Positions 42,348-50,989 of a stretch of DNA of 64,000 nt are shown piece after piece. Below the pieces are notes generated by a model. The model saw only the letters and a program-made list of their open reading frames with translations. It ran no database searches and was not told the origin of the DNA. Position numbers and translations under genes: made by a program. The DNA is from an uncultured Actinomycetota bacterium (GTDB taxonomy: Bacteria > Actinomycetota > Actinomycetes > JACCUZ01): NCBI GenBank assembly GCA_963829565.1, contig CAWHJC010000017.1, positions 28,797 through 92,796 of the forward strand, read 5' to 3'. Positions within the stretch are counted from its first letter, which is position 1; each line of letters opens with the position of its first letter.

Positions 42348-43777
42348 TCACGGCGACGCCACCTCGGTGCCGATCCGCGCGTCGAGGTTCTCCATCCGCC
42401 GCCGCTCGAGCACGGTGAACACCGTGGGGTCCTTGACCAGGTCGCTCGAGCGCCGGCACGAACACCTGGCGCAGACCGCCGTCGCCGAACTGCTTGTTGG
42501 CGAACGTGTAGGAGACACCGACGTCCACCGGCTGCTCGGCCCGCAGGAAGGTCAGCTCGTCGCGATAGGTGCCGAGGTGCGGCTGCACCTGCACGCCCTC
42601 GTACAGCCGGCGCGCATCGGTCCCGACGATGTTGGCCTCCGACCCCGGGATGGTGAAGCCGGACAGCCGCAGGTCGGGCCGGGTCGACACGGTGCCGGTC
42701 GCGACGACGTCGCCCGGCTCGAGCCGTGCCGAGAACCAGCGGTCGACGCCGCCGTAGGGCGGGGTGCCCTGCGACGAAGCCGCCTGCCAGGCCGGGGATC
42801 CGGGCGGCAGGTTGGGCTCGGGCAGCGGGTGCTTGCCGAGCAGGGCGTTTCTGGGCCCGCTGCAGGTAGGTCAGCCGACCCGACTCGCCGGCGCGGTCGA
42901 GCCGCTGGAAGGTCGTCGCCACGTCGGCGAGGTCATCGACAGTCAGGGCAGCCCGCGCGCTGCGGGTCGCCACCGCGCCCGCCCCTGCGGTCGTCAGCGC
43001 CAGGATCAGGTCCGGCACCAGGTGGCCGATGGCCCGCCCCGGCGAGGTCGTCCAGGTGTCCCAGTCGACCAGCGCCTTGCCGAGCTCGACCGGGTGCGTG
43101 ACGCCGAACCACAGCCCCCGGCCCAGCGCCTCCACGTCGCGCGACCAGCCCTCGGGGTCGACCATCATCCGCACCGGCGACACCGACCAGGCGAACTCCA
43201 CCAGCCCCGTCGTCGCCTCCCACGCCCCGCGGCCGATCTCGGCGACGAAGTGCCCGGCGTCCTCCCACCATCGCGGCTCGCGCGGTGCGTCGGCCCAGCT
43301 CGCCGCGATGGTGCGCACCGCGCGGTCGCCGGCGTCGCGGACCCGCAGCCGCGCGTCGTCGAGCAGCGCCTGCGCCCGGTGCCGGCCGTCCACGCCCGGG
43401 TCGTACGTCGTCAGGGGCTCGTCCGCGGCCCGCCACGCGTCGCTGTCCCGGGACGCCTGCTCGAACAGCACCACCGCCCGCCGCGCAGTCCCCTGCGCGT
43501 CGCGCAGCTCGGCGACATAGCCGCGCACCGCGGACCCGGTCGACAGGAACGCCGCCGCCGCGTCCTCGAACTTCCCCGGCTCCACCTCGACGACGCTGCG
43601 GAACGCATCGCCCGCCGGGCCGACCCACTCGCCGGCGTGCACCGCCCGCAGCCGCGACGCCGCCCCGCCCAGCCCGGTCGCGATCGTCCGGCACCGGGCA
43701 GCCAGCAGGTCGAGGTCGTCCGGCGATCCGGGCACCAGGTCGGTCGCCAGCGCCCCGACGGCCAGCGTGGCCGTCAC
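42348..43777 (-). CDS. Putative T7SS-secreted protein: N-terminal WXG-containing T7SS_signal-like domain + central region + divergent C-terminal (toxin-candidate) domain; at least 2 frameshifts
   Basis: N-terminus ...ATDLVPGSPDDLDLLAARCRTIATGLGGAASRLRAVHAGEWVGPAGDAFRSVVEVEPGKFEDAAAAFLSTGSAVRGYVAELRDAQ has the pattern DP..L.PGDP...A..L...W.G.AA.AFR..EP..W. Middle ...LWFGVTHPVELGKALVDWDTWTTSPGRAIGHLVPDLILALTTAGAGA. The C-terminus, in shifted frames, ...ALLGKHPLPEPNLPPGSPAWQ...YTFANKQFGDGGLRQVFVPALE.SSDLVKDPTVFTVLERRRMENLDARIGTEVASP*. GTG start overlaps the upstream stop (GTGA). Confidence 0.55.
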
Positions 43778-44151
43778 GACCAGGCTCCCCAAGACCTCGA
43801 CATCACCACGCCCCGGCTCAGGGCCGACGCCGGCAGGGCGACGGTGAACGGCCCCGCCGGGTCGACCACGACGCCGTAACCCTCGGGCACCAGGTCGAGC
43901 AGGTCGGCACCCGGCGCGGACGCCCAGTCGCACTCCCCGGCGTGCGCGGCCAGCTCCGCGAGGCTGGTGTAGAGGCAGACCGCGCCGCTGCCCGGCTCCC
44001 CCACCGCCGCCACCGCAGCGGCCCCGGAAGGACCCTCGACCCGCTCGACAAACAGCGTGGCCCGCTCGAGCGCAGCCTGGAACGCAGCGGCCGGCAGCCG
44101 CCCGTCGCAGAACGCCGCGACCGCGGGAGCGAGCCCGTCGACGGCGGTCAT
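43774..44151 (-). CDS. SseB-like family protein
   Basis: MTAVDGLAPAVAAFCDGRLPAAAFQAALERATLFVERVEG...AVCLYTSLAELAAHAGECDWASAPGADLLDLVPEGYGVVVDPAGPFTVALPASAL resembles SseB-domain proteins. Confidence 0.5.
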   Translation of the reverse strand: MTAVDGLAPAVAAFCDGRLPAAAFQAALERATLFVERVEGPSGAAAVAAVGEPGSGAVCLYTSLAELAAHAGECDWASAPGADLLDLVPEGYGVVVDPAGPFTVALPASALSRGVVMSRSWGAWS

Positions 44152-44444
44152 CTCGGCCCGCCCATGGCGTCGACGAGCGTCGACTCGACGTCGAGGTAGA
44201 CCCGGCCGGAGTCGGCGAGCATCCCGGCCAGCGCCTCGGCGTCCTCGACCAGGCAGCCGAGCCCGTGGTGCCAGCGGTCGGCGAACGTGTGGACCGCCTC
44301 GGTCAGGCCGTCGTGGCCGGCGGCATCGGCCAGGCCGGTCAGCACGGCGCGCGATCGGCGGACCTCGGTGACCACGGACACCGCCTCGCGCAGCCGGGTG
44401 CCGGTCAGGTGCAGGAGCTGGGGGTCGACCTCGATCAGGCTCAC
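44148..44444 (-). CDS. Small helical hypothetical protein (98 aa), first gene of the T7SS-signal locus
   Basis: MSLIEVDPQLLHLTGTRLREAVSVVTEV...ADRWHHGLGCLVEDAEALAGMLADSG is helical; possibly a WXG100-fold-like partner. ATGA overlap with the SseB-like gene. Confidence 0.4.
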   Translation of the reverse strand: MSLIEVDPQLLHLTGTRLREAVSVVTEVRRSRAVLTGLADAAGHDGLTEAVHTFADRWHHGLGCLVEDAEALAGMLADSGRVYLDVESTLVDAMGGPR

Positions 44445-44485
44445 CCCAGCGACGGTAGAGAGTTCGCCCCGGACGGCCGGGCGAG

Positions 44486-44525
44486 TTGTCCACAGGGCGG
44501 CGGCGTACCGCCTGGATGTGGACAG
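44486..44525. promoter_or_regulatory. Inverted repeat TTGTCCACA-N22-TGTGGACAG in the divergent intergenic region
   Basis: Read directly: TGTCCACA at 44487-44494 and its reverse complement TGTGGACA at 44517-44524. Lies between the minus-strand T7SS-signal operon and the plus-strand GGDEF-EAL gene. Confidence 0.35.
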
Positions 44526-44717
44526 CCACGCGGGATATCACTGTGCGTGACCGGACTTTGCCTTCTGGTTACCTTCGTGCCGTTGGGGTGATCATCCGCG
44601 AGCCGAGGTGCGAACACGCTGGGTGACGGGGACTATGAGGCCAGCGATGGGGAGGGCGTCCTGGCGAACGACGAAGAGCCAGACGGCCCGGCGGGGTTCG
44701 CCGAGGCCGTCTTCGCC

Positions 44718-46373
44718 ATGCGCCGGGCGGCCGGGATCGACCTGGACTTCAATGCCGTGTTCGAGCGCAGCCCGGTGGGGATGGCGATGCTCGACGGCGC
44801 GGGTCGGGTCCTGCACGCCAACCGGGCGCTGGGGGCGTTCCTCGGCGTCAGCCCGGCCGGCCTGTGGGGCACCCCGCTGCACAAGCTGGCGTCGGCCGAC
44901 GACGTGGGCCGGTTCCGCGTCGGGGTGACCGAGCGGCGGCTGCGCCACGACCGCGGCCACGACCTGTGGGCCGTGGTGTCCGCGGTGTCGCTGCCGGAGG
45001 TCGGCGACAACGCCCTGCTGGTCTGCCTCGACGACGCGACCGGCCGGCGCAACACCGAGCGGATGCTGCTGCACGCGGCGCTGCACGACAGCCTGACCAA
45101 CCTGCCGAACCGCCGGCTGCTGCGCGACCGGCTCGACACCGCACTCGCCCGGTCGCAGCGCTCATTGAGCACGGTGGCGGTGCTGTTCATCGACCTCGAC
45201 CGCTTCAAGGACATCAACGACACGTTCGGCCACGAGGCCGGCGACGAGGTGCTCGTGTCGGTGGCCGCCGGCATCCACGCGGCGCTGCGTACCAGCGACA
45301 CGGTGGCCCGCCTCGGCGGGGACGAGTTCATCGTCGTGTGCGAGGACGTCACGGACCAGGGCGACGTGACCCGTCTCGCCGAGCGGATCATCGAGCACGT
45401 ACGTCGGCCGCTGACCCTCCACGGCCGCTCCATGTCGATCTCGGCCAGCATCGGGATCGCCGTCGCCGGTCCCCACGCCGAGACCGGTGACGAGCTGATC
45501 CGGCTCGCCGACCTGGCGATGTACCGCGCCAAACACCGCCCCGACACGTCCTACGTGGTCGCCGACGACTCGATCGGCCCGGCCCGCGACCTGGAGAGTG
45601 CGGCCCAGGACGGGCTGCTGGCCGACCTGCGGCACGCGATCCAGGCCGACCAGCTGGCGCTGCACTACCAGCCAGTGGTGCGGATCGACGGCGTGCTGAT
45701 CGGGCTGGAGGCACTCATCCGGTGGCAGCACCCGCGACTCGGGCTGCTGATGCCGCACGACTTCCTGCCGCGCGTCGCGGGCACCGACCTGGCCCGGCCG
45801 TTCTCCGACTGGGTGCTGCGTGCGGCGGTCCGCGACGCAGCCTCGTGGCACGACCCGAACGTCCGGGTCAGCGTCAACATGTGGGCCCGTGAGGTAGCCC
45901 GGCCCGGTTTCGCCGAGACGGTCGCGATGCTGCTGACCTGGGCGGGGCTGCAGGCCAACGCGCTCTACATCGAGCTGCACGAGCACGAGCTGCCCGAGGC
46001 CGGCCCGGGGCTGGCCGACGAGCTCGACCGGCTGCGCCGGCTCGGGGTGGGGCTAGCGATCGACGACTACGGCACCGGCGGCATGTCGCTGGCCGGGCTG
46101 CGCCGGATCCCGGTCGACACCCTGAAGGTGGACCGGTCGTTCGTGGCCGGGCTGCCGGGCAGCGCGGAGGACAGAGGCGTGGTCGCGGCCGTCGTCGCGG
46201 CGGCACGCGCGGCCGGGCGACACCCGCTGGCGTCCGGGGTGGAGACGGTCGAGCAGCTGCGGGTGCTGCGGGAGCTGGGCTACGAGAGCGTGCAGGGCTA
46301 TCTGTCCGGCGCACCGGCGCCGCTGATCGACCTGCGGACGCTCATCGCCGACCGCCGGGTCGTGCTCGACTGA
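44718..46373 (+). CDS. PAS-GGDEF-EAL protein (diguanylate cyclase/phosphodiesterase)
   Basis: Intact 551-aa ORF: PAS (...FERSPVGMAMLDGAGRVLHANRA...), GGDEF (RLGGDEF), EAL (...ELHEHELP...DDYGTG...KVDRSF...). Confidence 0.85.
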   Translation: MRRAAGIDLDFNAVFERSPVGMAMLDGAGRVLHANRALGAFLGVSPAGLWGTPLHKLASADDVGRFRVGVTERRLRHDRGHDLWAVVSAVSLPEVGDNALLVCLDDATGRRNTERMLLHAALHDSLTNLPNRRLLRDRLDTALARSQRSLSTVAVLFIDLDRFKDINDTFGHEAGDEVLVSVAAGIHAALRTSDTVARLGGDEFIVVCEDVTDQGDVTRLAERIIEHVRRPLTLHGRSMSISASIGIAVAGPHAETGDELIRLADLAMYRAKHRPDTSYVVADDSIGPARDLESAAQDGLLADLRHAIQADQLALHYQPVVRIDGVLIGLEALIRWQHPRLGLLMPHDFLPRVAGTDLARPFSDWVLRAAVRDAASWHDPNVRVSVNMWAREVARPGFAETVAMLLTWAGLQANALYIELHEHELPEAGPGLADELDRLRRLGVGLAIDDYGTGGMSLAGLRRIPVDTLKVDRSFVAGLPGSAEDRGVVAAVVAAARAAGRHPLASGVETVEQLRVLRELGYESVQGYLSGAPAPLIDLRTLIADRRVVLD

Positions 46374-46374
46374 C

Positions 46375-48324
46375 CTACACGGTCTGGGGTGCCGGGAGCT
46401 CGGGGGTCAGCAGGTCGAGATGTGCATCGATCGCCGTGGGCATCGGGGATGGACGGCCGAGGAGGTAGCCCTGCCCCGCGATCACCGCGGTCGCGAACGG
46501 TTGCCGGTGGGGGTCGCCGAGCACGGCGCGCAGCATCTCGGCGTCCTCGATCCCCTGGGCGACGACCCATCCCCCGGTCTGCTGGACGAACGTGGTCGCC
46601 GCGGCGACGGTCGCGTCGGAGGCCGGGTCGCTGCCGAGGCGGGCGATCACCTTGCGATCGACCTTCACGACGTCGAAGCGGACGTGGGTCAATGCCCGCA
46701 GACCGGCGTTGCCCGCGCCCATGTCGTCCAGGGCCAGCCGGAAGCCGCGGGTGTGGGCACGCTTGAGGACCCGGATGGGTTCTGGCCGGTCCAGGCCGGC
46801 GTGCTCGGTGACCTCGAGGATCACGTCGGGGGGAGTGAGGCCGGCCGAGGCCACCTCGGCGACCAGGGCGTCGACGTCCAGGCCGGCCAGCGCATCGGGA
46901 TGGATGTTGATGAACAGCAGGCCGTCCCACGAACGCGCCGCGACGCTCCGCAGGATCGTGTGGCGGGCCTGCTCGTCGAGGTCGGCTGCGAGTCCAAGGC
47001 GATGAGCGAGCTCGAACGCCTCCGCGGGGCCGTCGATCGGCGTGTCCGCCGGCAGGCGCAGCAGCGCCTCGTGACCCAGGATGCGCCCTTCGCGGAGGTC
47101 CCAGATGGGCTGGAAGGCCACGCTGAGTCCGCCGTCCTCGGCAAGCAGCGCGGACACGGCGTCCAGCTTGTCGGCACTGACCGTGAGGCTGCTCGTCAGG
47201 GCGTTGAACGAGACGGTCTGGCGGCGGCCGTTGTCCTTGGCGTCGTAGAGCGCGGCATCGGCGCGCTCCCACAGCTCCTGCAGACTCACCGCGTCCTCTG
47301 GCTGGACGGATGCGATGCCGGCGCTGAAGGTTGTGCCGGGGGCTCGTGCGGCCAGCGAGTGGCGGACGCGTTCGATCGCGTCGTAGGCCTGCGCGTCGGT
47401 GCAGTCGGTGAGCACGACGGCGAACTCGTCACCGCCGAGCCGAAAGGCGGTGTCGGACGCTCGGAGCGCCTCGAAAGAGGTGGCGAGCGCGCACAGCACC
47501 CGGTCCCCGTGGCTGTGTCCCAGCCGATCGTTGACCTGCTTGAAGCCGTCGATGTCGATCAGGGCGAGCGCAACGGTCTCCCTGTTCGAGCTGGCCAGCG
47601 CAGCCTGGAGGGCGGGGCGGAACGGGCGCCGCCCAGCCAGCCCGGTCAGGGCATCGGTATCCGCCCTGCGCTCGGCCCGCCGCTGCCGCCGGAGCAGCGC
47701 GCTGCCACCGAGCAGGTAGGACATGGGAACGGCCAGCGCGAGTCCGAGGAGCAGGCCGTAGACCTTGCGCAGCCGCAGGTCCTTCAGTATTGCTTCGATG
47801 ATGTCGGCATGCTGGTCCACCTCCGCAACGAACAATCCGTCGGGTGACCGGACCGGCAAAAGGAACTCGAACCGGTGCTCCTGACCGCCGACTCCGCCCT
47901 CTTGGCCTTCCTCGTGCGCTGACGGCTCACCGGATGAGATCACCTCTCGGATCGCACCCAGGTGGATGTGGCTCCCGCGGTCCACCGGACCCACGGATCG
48001 ACCGTCGGCGTCGAACAGACCGACGTACGCGGTGCCGTACGTCAACGAAATGTGCTCGAGCTCGTGGTCGATGGCCTCCGCGCGCTCAGCAGGCGGGAGA
48101 TCCGCGAAGAGAATCTCCTCGAGCCCGGCGACCTCTGTCGTGTAACCGTTCAGGGCCGCTTCGAGGGATCGCTGCTCCAGCTGGTGCACGGCGACCGAGT
48201 ACTCGACCAGACCGGCGGCGATCATGCTCAGCGCAACCGCCGCGATCCAGCGCACCAGAAAGCGCCACGGGGCTCGCTCGGCACGGGGACCGTCGGCCCG
48301 CGGGGCACGCATCTGAGGCTGCCT
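46375..48324 (-). CDS. Membrane sensor GGDEF-EAL protein
   Basis: MTVRQPQMRAPR...TM helix, sensor region, GGDEF (RLGGDEF) and EAL (EVTEHAGL...DDMGAGNAGL...KVDRKV) domains. Start chosen at MTV within ORF 46375..49773; convergent with the upstream GGDEF-EAL gene. Confidence 0.8.
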   Translation of the reverse strand, partial: RQPQMRAPRADGPRAERAPWRFLVRWIAAVALSMIAAGLVEYSVAVHQLEQRSLEAALNGYTTEVAGLEEILFADLPPAERAEAIDHELEHISLTYGTAYVGLFDADGRSVGPVDRGSHIHLGAIREVISSGEPSAHEEGQEGGVGGQEHRFEFLLPVRSPDGLFVAEVDQHADIIEAILKDLRLRKVYGLLLGLALAVPMSYLLGGSALLRRQRRAERRADTDALTGLAGRRPFRPALQAALASSNRETVALALIDIDGFKQVNDRLGHSHGDRVLCALATSFEALRASDTAFRLGGDEFAVVLTDCTDAQAYDAIERVRHSLAARAPGTTFSAGIASVQPEDAVSLQELWERADAALYDAKDNGRRQTVSFNALTSSLTVSADKLDAVSALLAEDGGLSVAFQPIWDLREGRILGHEALLRLPADTPIDGPAEAFELAHRLGLAADLDEQARHTILRSVAARSWDGLLFINIHPDALAGLDVDALVAEVASAGLTPPDVILEVTEHAGLDRPEPIRVLKRAHTRGFRLALDDMGAGNAGLRALTHVRFDVVKVDRKVIARLGSDPASDATVAAATTFVQQTGGWVVAQGIEDAEMLRAVLGDPHRQPFATAVIAGQGYLLGRPSPMPTAIDAHLDLLTPELPAPQTV

Positions 48325-48529
48325 GACTGTCATGTGACCTTTCCAGCTCCGGAACGTCACATGTCCGTGCAATATGACCGTCGAGGACAGCGTCGACACA
48401 AAGGCGTGGCGACCTGAGCCGATCGGGCACGCCAAGCCAGGCTTCGCCTGATGATCGTTTGCGCCACTCCGGAGATCATCCGGCCTGAGTTGATCTCCGG
48501 ACCGGCACAAACCAGCCCACGGAGGCCGC

Positions 48530-48872
48530 TCAGTCGTAGCCGAGCTCGTGCAGGCGGTCGTCGTCGATGCCGAAGTGGTGGGCGATCTCGTGCACCACGG
48601 TGACGTGCACCTCGTCGACCACGTCCTCCTCGGTGTCGCACATCCGCAGGGTCGGCCCCCGGAAGACGACGATCCGGTCCGGGAGCACGCCGCCGTAGGA
48701 CCAGTCGCGCTCGGTGAGCGGCGTCCCCTCGTACCAGCCGAGCAGGTCCGGCTCGTCGGACGGCGGCTCGTCCTCGACGAAGACGGCGACGTTGTCCATG
48801 AGTGATGCCAGCTCGGGCGGGACGGTGTCGAGCGCGTCCGCCACGAGCTCCTCGAACCGCTCCGCGGACATC
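48530..48872 (-). CDS. Zn-metallopeptidase-like family protein (HExxH), 113 aa
   Basis: MSAERFEELVADALDTVPPELASLMDNVAVFVED...VTVVHEIAHHFGIDDDRLHELGYD* has an HEIAHH zincin motif. Conserved actinobacterial small protein. Confidence 0.65.
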
Positions 48873-48925
48873 TCCAGCACGGGGGTGATTCTGTCCCCTT
48901 CGGGCCGATCGGGTAGGCAGGGGCC

Positions 48926-50476
48926 ATGACCCCGCCGCTGGTGACGCGCCTCAACGCGCGCTGGGAGCACATGCGGGGCGAGCCCGGCAGCCGGCGCCGC
49001 CGGGTCGGGATCGTGGTCGAGGTCGTGATCGTGGGGCTGGTCGGCTGCTGGCTGGGGCTGCTCGCCGGCGGCCGGCTGGAGGTGCCGGTGGGGCCGCTCG
49101 AGGCCCGGATGACCGTGCTGCCGAACGTGCACGGCGGCACCGAGCTGGCGATCCCGCCGCTGGGCGAGCTGACCGTCAAGAGCCATGCCGGGCCGTGGCG
49201 GCTGTCCGCCGAGGTGACCCGGATCAACGAGGCCGACGCGCGGCGCATCTTCAGCAACCCGTCGGCGGTCGACGGCCTCGGCGACCAGGTGACCAAGGAC
49301 CTGGCAAGCGGGGTGAGGACGCTGGTGCTCCGGTCCGTCGTGGCGGCCTTCGTCGGGGCGCTGCTGCTGGGGCTGATGGTGTTCCGGCGGCGGCTGCGGC
49401 TGGTGGTGGCGAGCGGCGGCGTGAGCCTGGCGGTCCTGCTGGCCGGTGGCGGGGTCGCCGCGGCGACGTGGGACCCGAAGAGCATCAACGAGCCGGAGTA
49501 CGAGGGGCTGCTCGTCAGCGCGCCGACCGTGGTGGGTGACGCGCAGAGCATCGTGAGCGACTTCCAGAGGTACGAGGCGCAGCTGGCGAAGCTGGTGACC
49601 AACGTGTCGCGGCTGTACGACGTGACGTCGACGTTGCCTGCGTACCGGCCGGATCCGTCGACGATCCGCGTGCTGTTCGTCTCCGACCTGCATCTGCACC
49701 CGGGCTCGTGGGACGTGATCCGGTCGGTCACCGAGCAGTTCGACGTCGACCTGATCGTGGACGCCGGGGACATCAGCGACCACGGGACGGCGGCGGAGAA
49801 CTTCTACGTCGAGCCGATCGGGACACTGGGGGTGCCGTACGTCTTCGTGCGCGGCAACCACGACTCGCTGATCACGCAGGCGGCGGTGGCGGCGAACGAG
49901 AACGCGGTGGTGCTCGACGGCGAGACGGCCGAGGTGGAGGGGCTGCGGTTCATCGGGGCGGGCGACCCGCGGTTCACGCCGGACAAGGACACCCGCGACC
50001 AGAAGGCGCCACCGAGCGTCTCGCAGGTGGCGCTCCTCGTCGCGTCGCGGGCGCGGGCCGCGGCCGAGGGGGGCGAGCCGGTGGACATCGCGGTGATCCA
50101 CGACGGCGAGGCGGCGACCGAGCTCGACGGGGTGGTGCCGCTGGTGCTGTCCGGGCACTACCACCGGCGGGAGCAGCACCTGCTCTCCGGCGGGACGCTG
50201 AGCTTCTTCCAGGGCTCGACCGGGGCGTCGGGGCTGCGCGGGTTCGAGCAGGGCGGCATCGAGGCGCCGACACCGGTGCGGGCCTCGGTGCTCTACATCG
50301 ACCGGGAGACCCGGACCCTGCAGGCGTGGGACGACATCACGCTGGGCGGGCTGGGGCTGGTGTCGGCGAAGATCGAGCGCAAGATCTACGCCGAGCAGTT
50401 CCCGCCGGAGGAGTCGCCGACGCTCTCGCCGTCGCCGACCCCCTCGGCGGCCGGGTCGGCGTCGCCCTCGCCGTGA
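48926..50476 (+). CDS. Membrane-anchored metallophosphoesterase (calcineurin-like)
   Basis: Intact 516-aa ORF: TM helices, then ...VLFVSDLHLHPGS...DLIVDAGDISDHG...FVRGNHD...SGHYH (MPP motifs). Confidence 0.8.
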   Translation: MTPPLVTRLNARWEHMRGEPGSRRRRVGIVVEVVIVGLVGCWLGLLAGGRLEVPVGPLEARMTVLPNVHGGTELAIPPLGELTVKSHAGPWRLSAEVTRINEADARRIFSNPSAVDGLGDQVTKDLASGVRTLVLRSVVAAFVGALLLGLMVFRRRLRLVVASGGVSLAVLLAGGGVAAATWDPKSINEPEYEGLLVSAPTVVGDAQSIVSDFQRYEAQLAKLVTNVSRLYDVTSTLPAYRPDPSTIRVLFVSDLHLHPGSWDVIRSVTEQFDVDLIVDAGDISDHGTAAENFYVEPIGTLGVPYVFVRGNHDSLITQAAVAANENAVVLDGETAEVEGLRFIGAGDPRFTPDKDTRDQKAPPSVSQVALLVASRARAAAEGGEPVDIAVIHDGEAATELDGVVPLVLSGHYHRREQHLLSGGTLSFFQGSTGASGLRGFEQGGIEAPTPVRASVLYIDRETRTLQAWDDITLGGLGLVSAKIERKIYAEQFPPEESPTLSPSPTPSAAGSASPSP

Positions 50477-50567
50477 TCCGGGGCGATGTGACGGTGCTTT
50501 GGCGGAGCCTCGCGGCGTCCCCTATGCTTTCGGGGTCCCCGACGGCAGAGGACGCCGTGGGCCCACA

Positions 50568-50640
50568 GCCCTCATCGTCTAGTGGCCTAGGACGCTGCCC
50601 TTTCAAGGCGGTAGCACGGGTTCGAATCCCGTTGGGGGCA
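50568..50640 (+). tRNA. tRNA-Glu (anticodon TTC)
   Basis: GCCCTCATCGTCTAGTGGCCTAGGACGCTGCCCTTTCAAGGCGGTAGCACGGGTTCGAATCCCGTTGGGGGCA: cloverleaf with anticodon loop CTTTCAA. Confidence 0.85.
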
Positions 50641-50654
50641 CGGAAGCACAGCTA

Positions 50655-50729
50655 GGTCCTGTAGAGCAGCTTGGAGTGCTCGCCACCCTGTCAAGGTGGA
50701 GGTCGCGGGTTCAAATCCCGTCAGGACCG
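50655..50729 (+). tRNA. tRNA-Asp (anticodon GTC)
   Basis: GGTCCTGTAGAGCAGCTTGGAGTGCTCGCCACCCTGTCAAGGTGGAGGTCGCGGGTTCAAATCCCGTCAGGACCG: anticodon loop CTGTCAA. Confidence 0.85.
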
Positions 50730-50759
50730 CGGTGGGCCGGCGCGCTGGTGCCGGGCCTC

Positions 50760-50836
50760 GGCCAGGTAGCTCAGTTGGTACGAGCGTCCGACTGAAAATC
50801 GGAAGGTCGGCGGTTCGACCCCGCCCCTGGCCACCA
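50760..50836 (+). tRNA. tRNA-Phe (anticodon GAA), CCA encoded
   Basis: GGCCAGGTAGCTCAGTTGGTACGAGCGTCCGACTGAAAATCGGAAGGTCGGCGGTTCGACCCCGCCCCTGGCCACCA. Confidence 0.9.
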
Positions 50837-50863
50837 CAAACCCCTCCGGACCCCTCGACCGGC

Positions 50864-50890
50864 ACTGAAAATCGGAAGGTCGGCGGTTCG
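50864..50890 (+). repeat. 27-bp direct repeat of the tRNA-Phe anticodon-to-T-stem segment (ACTGAAAATCGGAAGGTCGGCGGTTCG), a partial tRNA duplicate
   Basis: Identical to 50793-50819 inside tRNA-Phe; flanking bases diverge. Confidence 0.7.
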
Positions 50891-50989
50891 GCGCCACTGG
50901 CCAGGCGCACATCCAGTCCCGCCTGCCGATGAGGTGATCCTCGTCGGTCTTGCTATGGATCTTGTTCCGACTCACCTACTCTTCGGCTG

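Noticed and set aside
42340-42900. Initial impression that the segment ...LEPGDVVATGTVS... encodes a fumarylacetoacetate-hydrolase (FAH) family enzyme
   Set aside because: The resemblance is limited to one short motif. The region is contiguous, apart from one frameshift, with the T7SS-signal protein upstream. It is better explained as that protein's variable C-terminal domain.
42764-43879. 371-aa plus-strand ORF
   Set aside because: Antisense to the T7SS-signal toxin candidate. Arg-rich, no recognisable motifs.
46420-47847. 475-aa plus-strand ORF
   Set aside because: Antisense shadow of the membrane GGDEF-EAL gene.
50721-50975. 84-aa ORF on the minus strand (…GVEPPTFRFSVGRSYQLSYLAEA…)
   Set aside because: It is the antisense translation of the tRNA-Asp/Phe genes, the classic tRNA-complement peptide signature, and not a protein gene.
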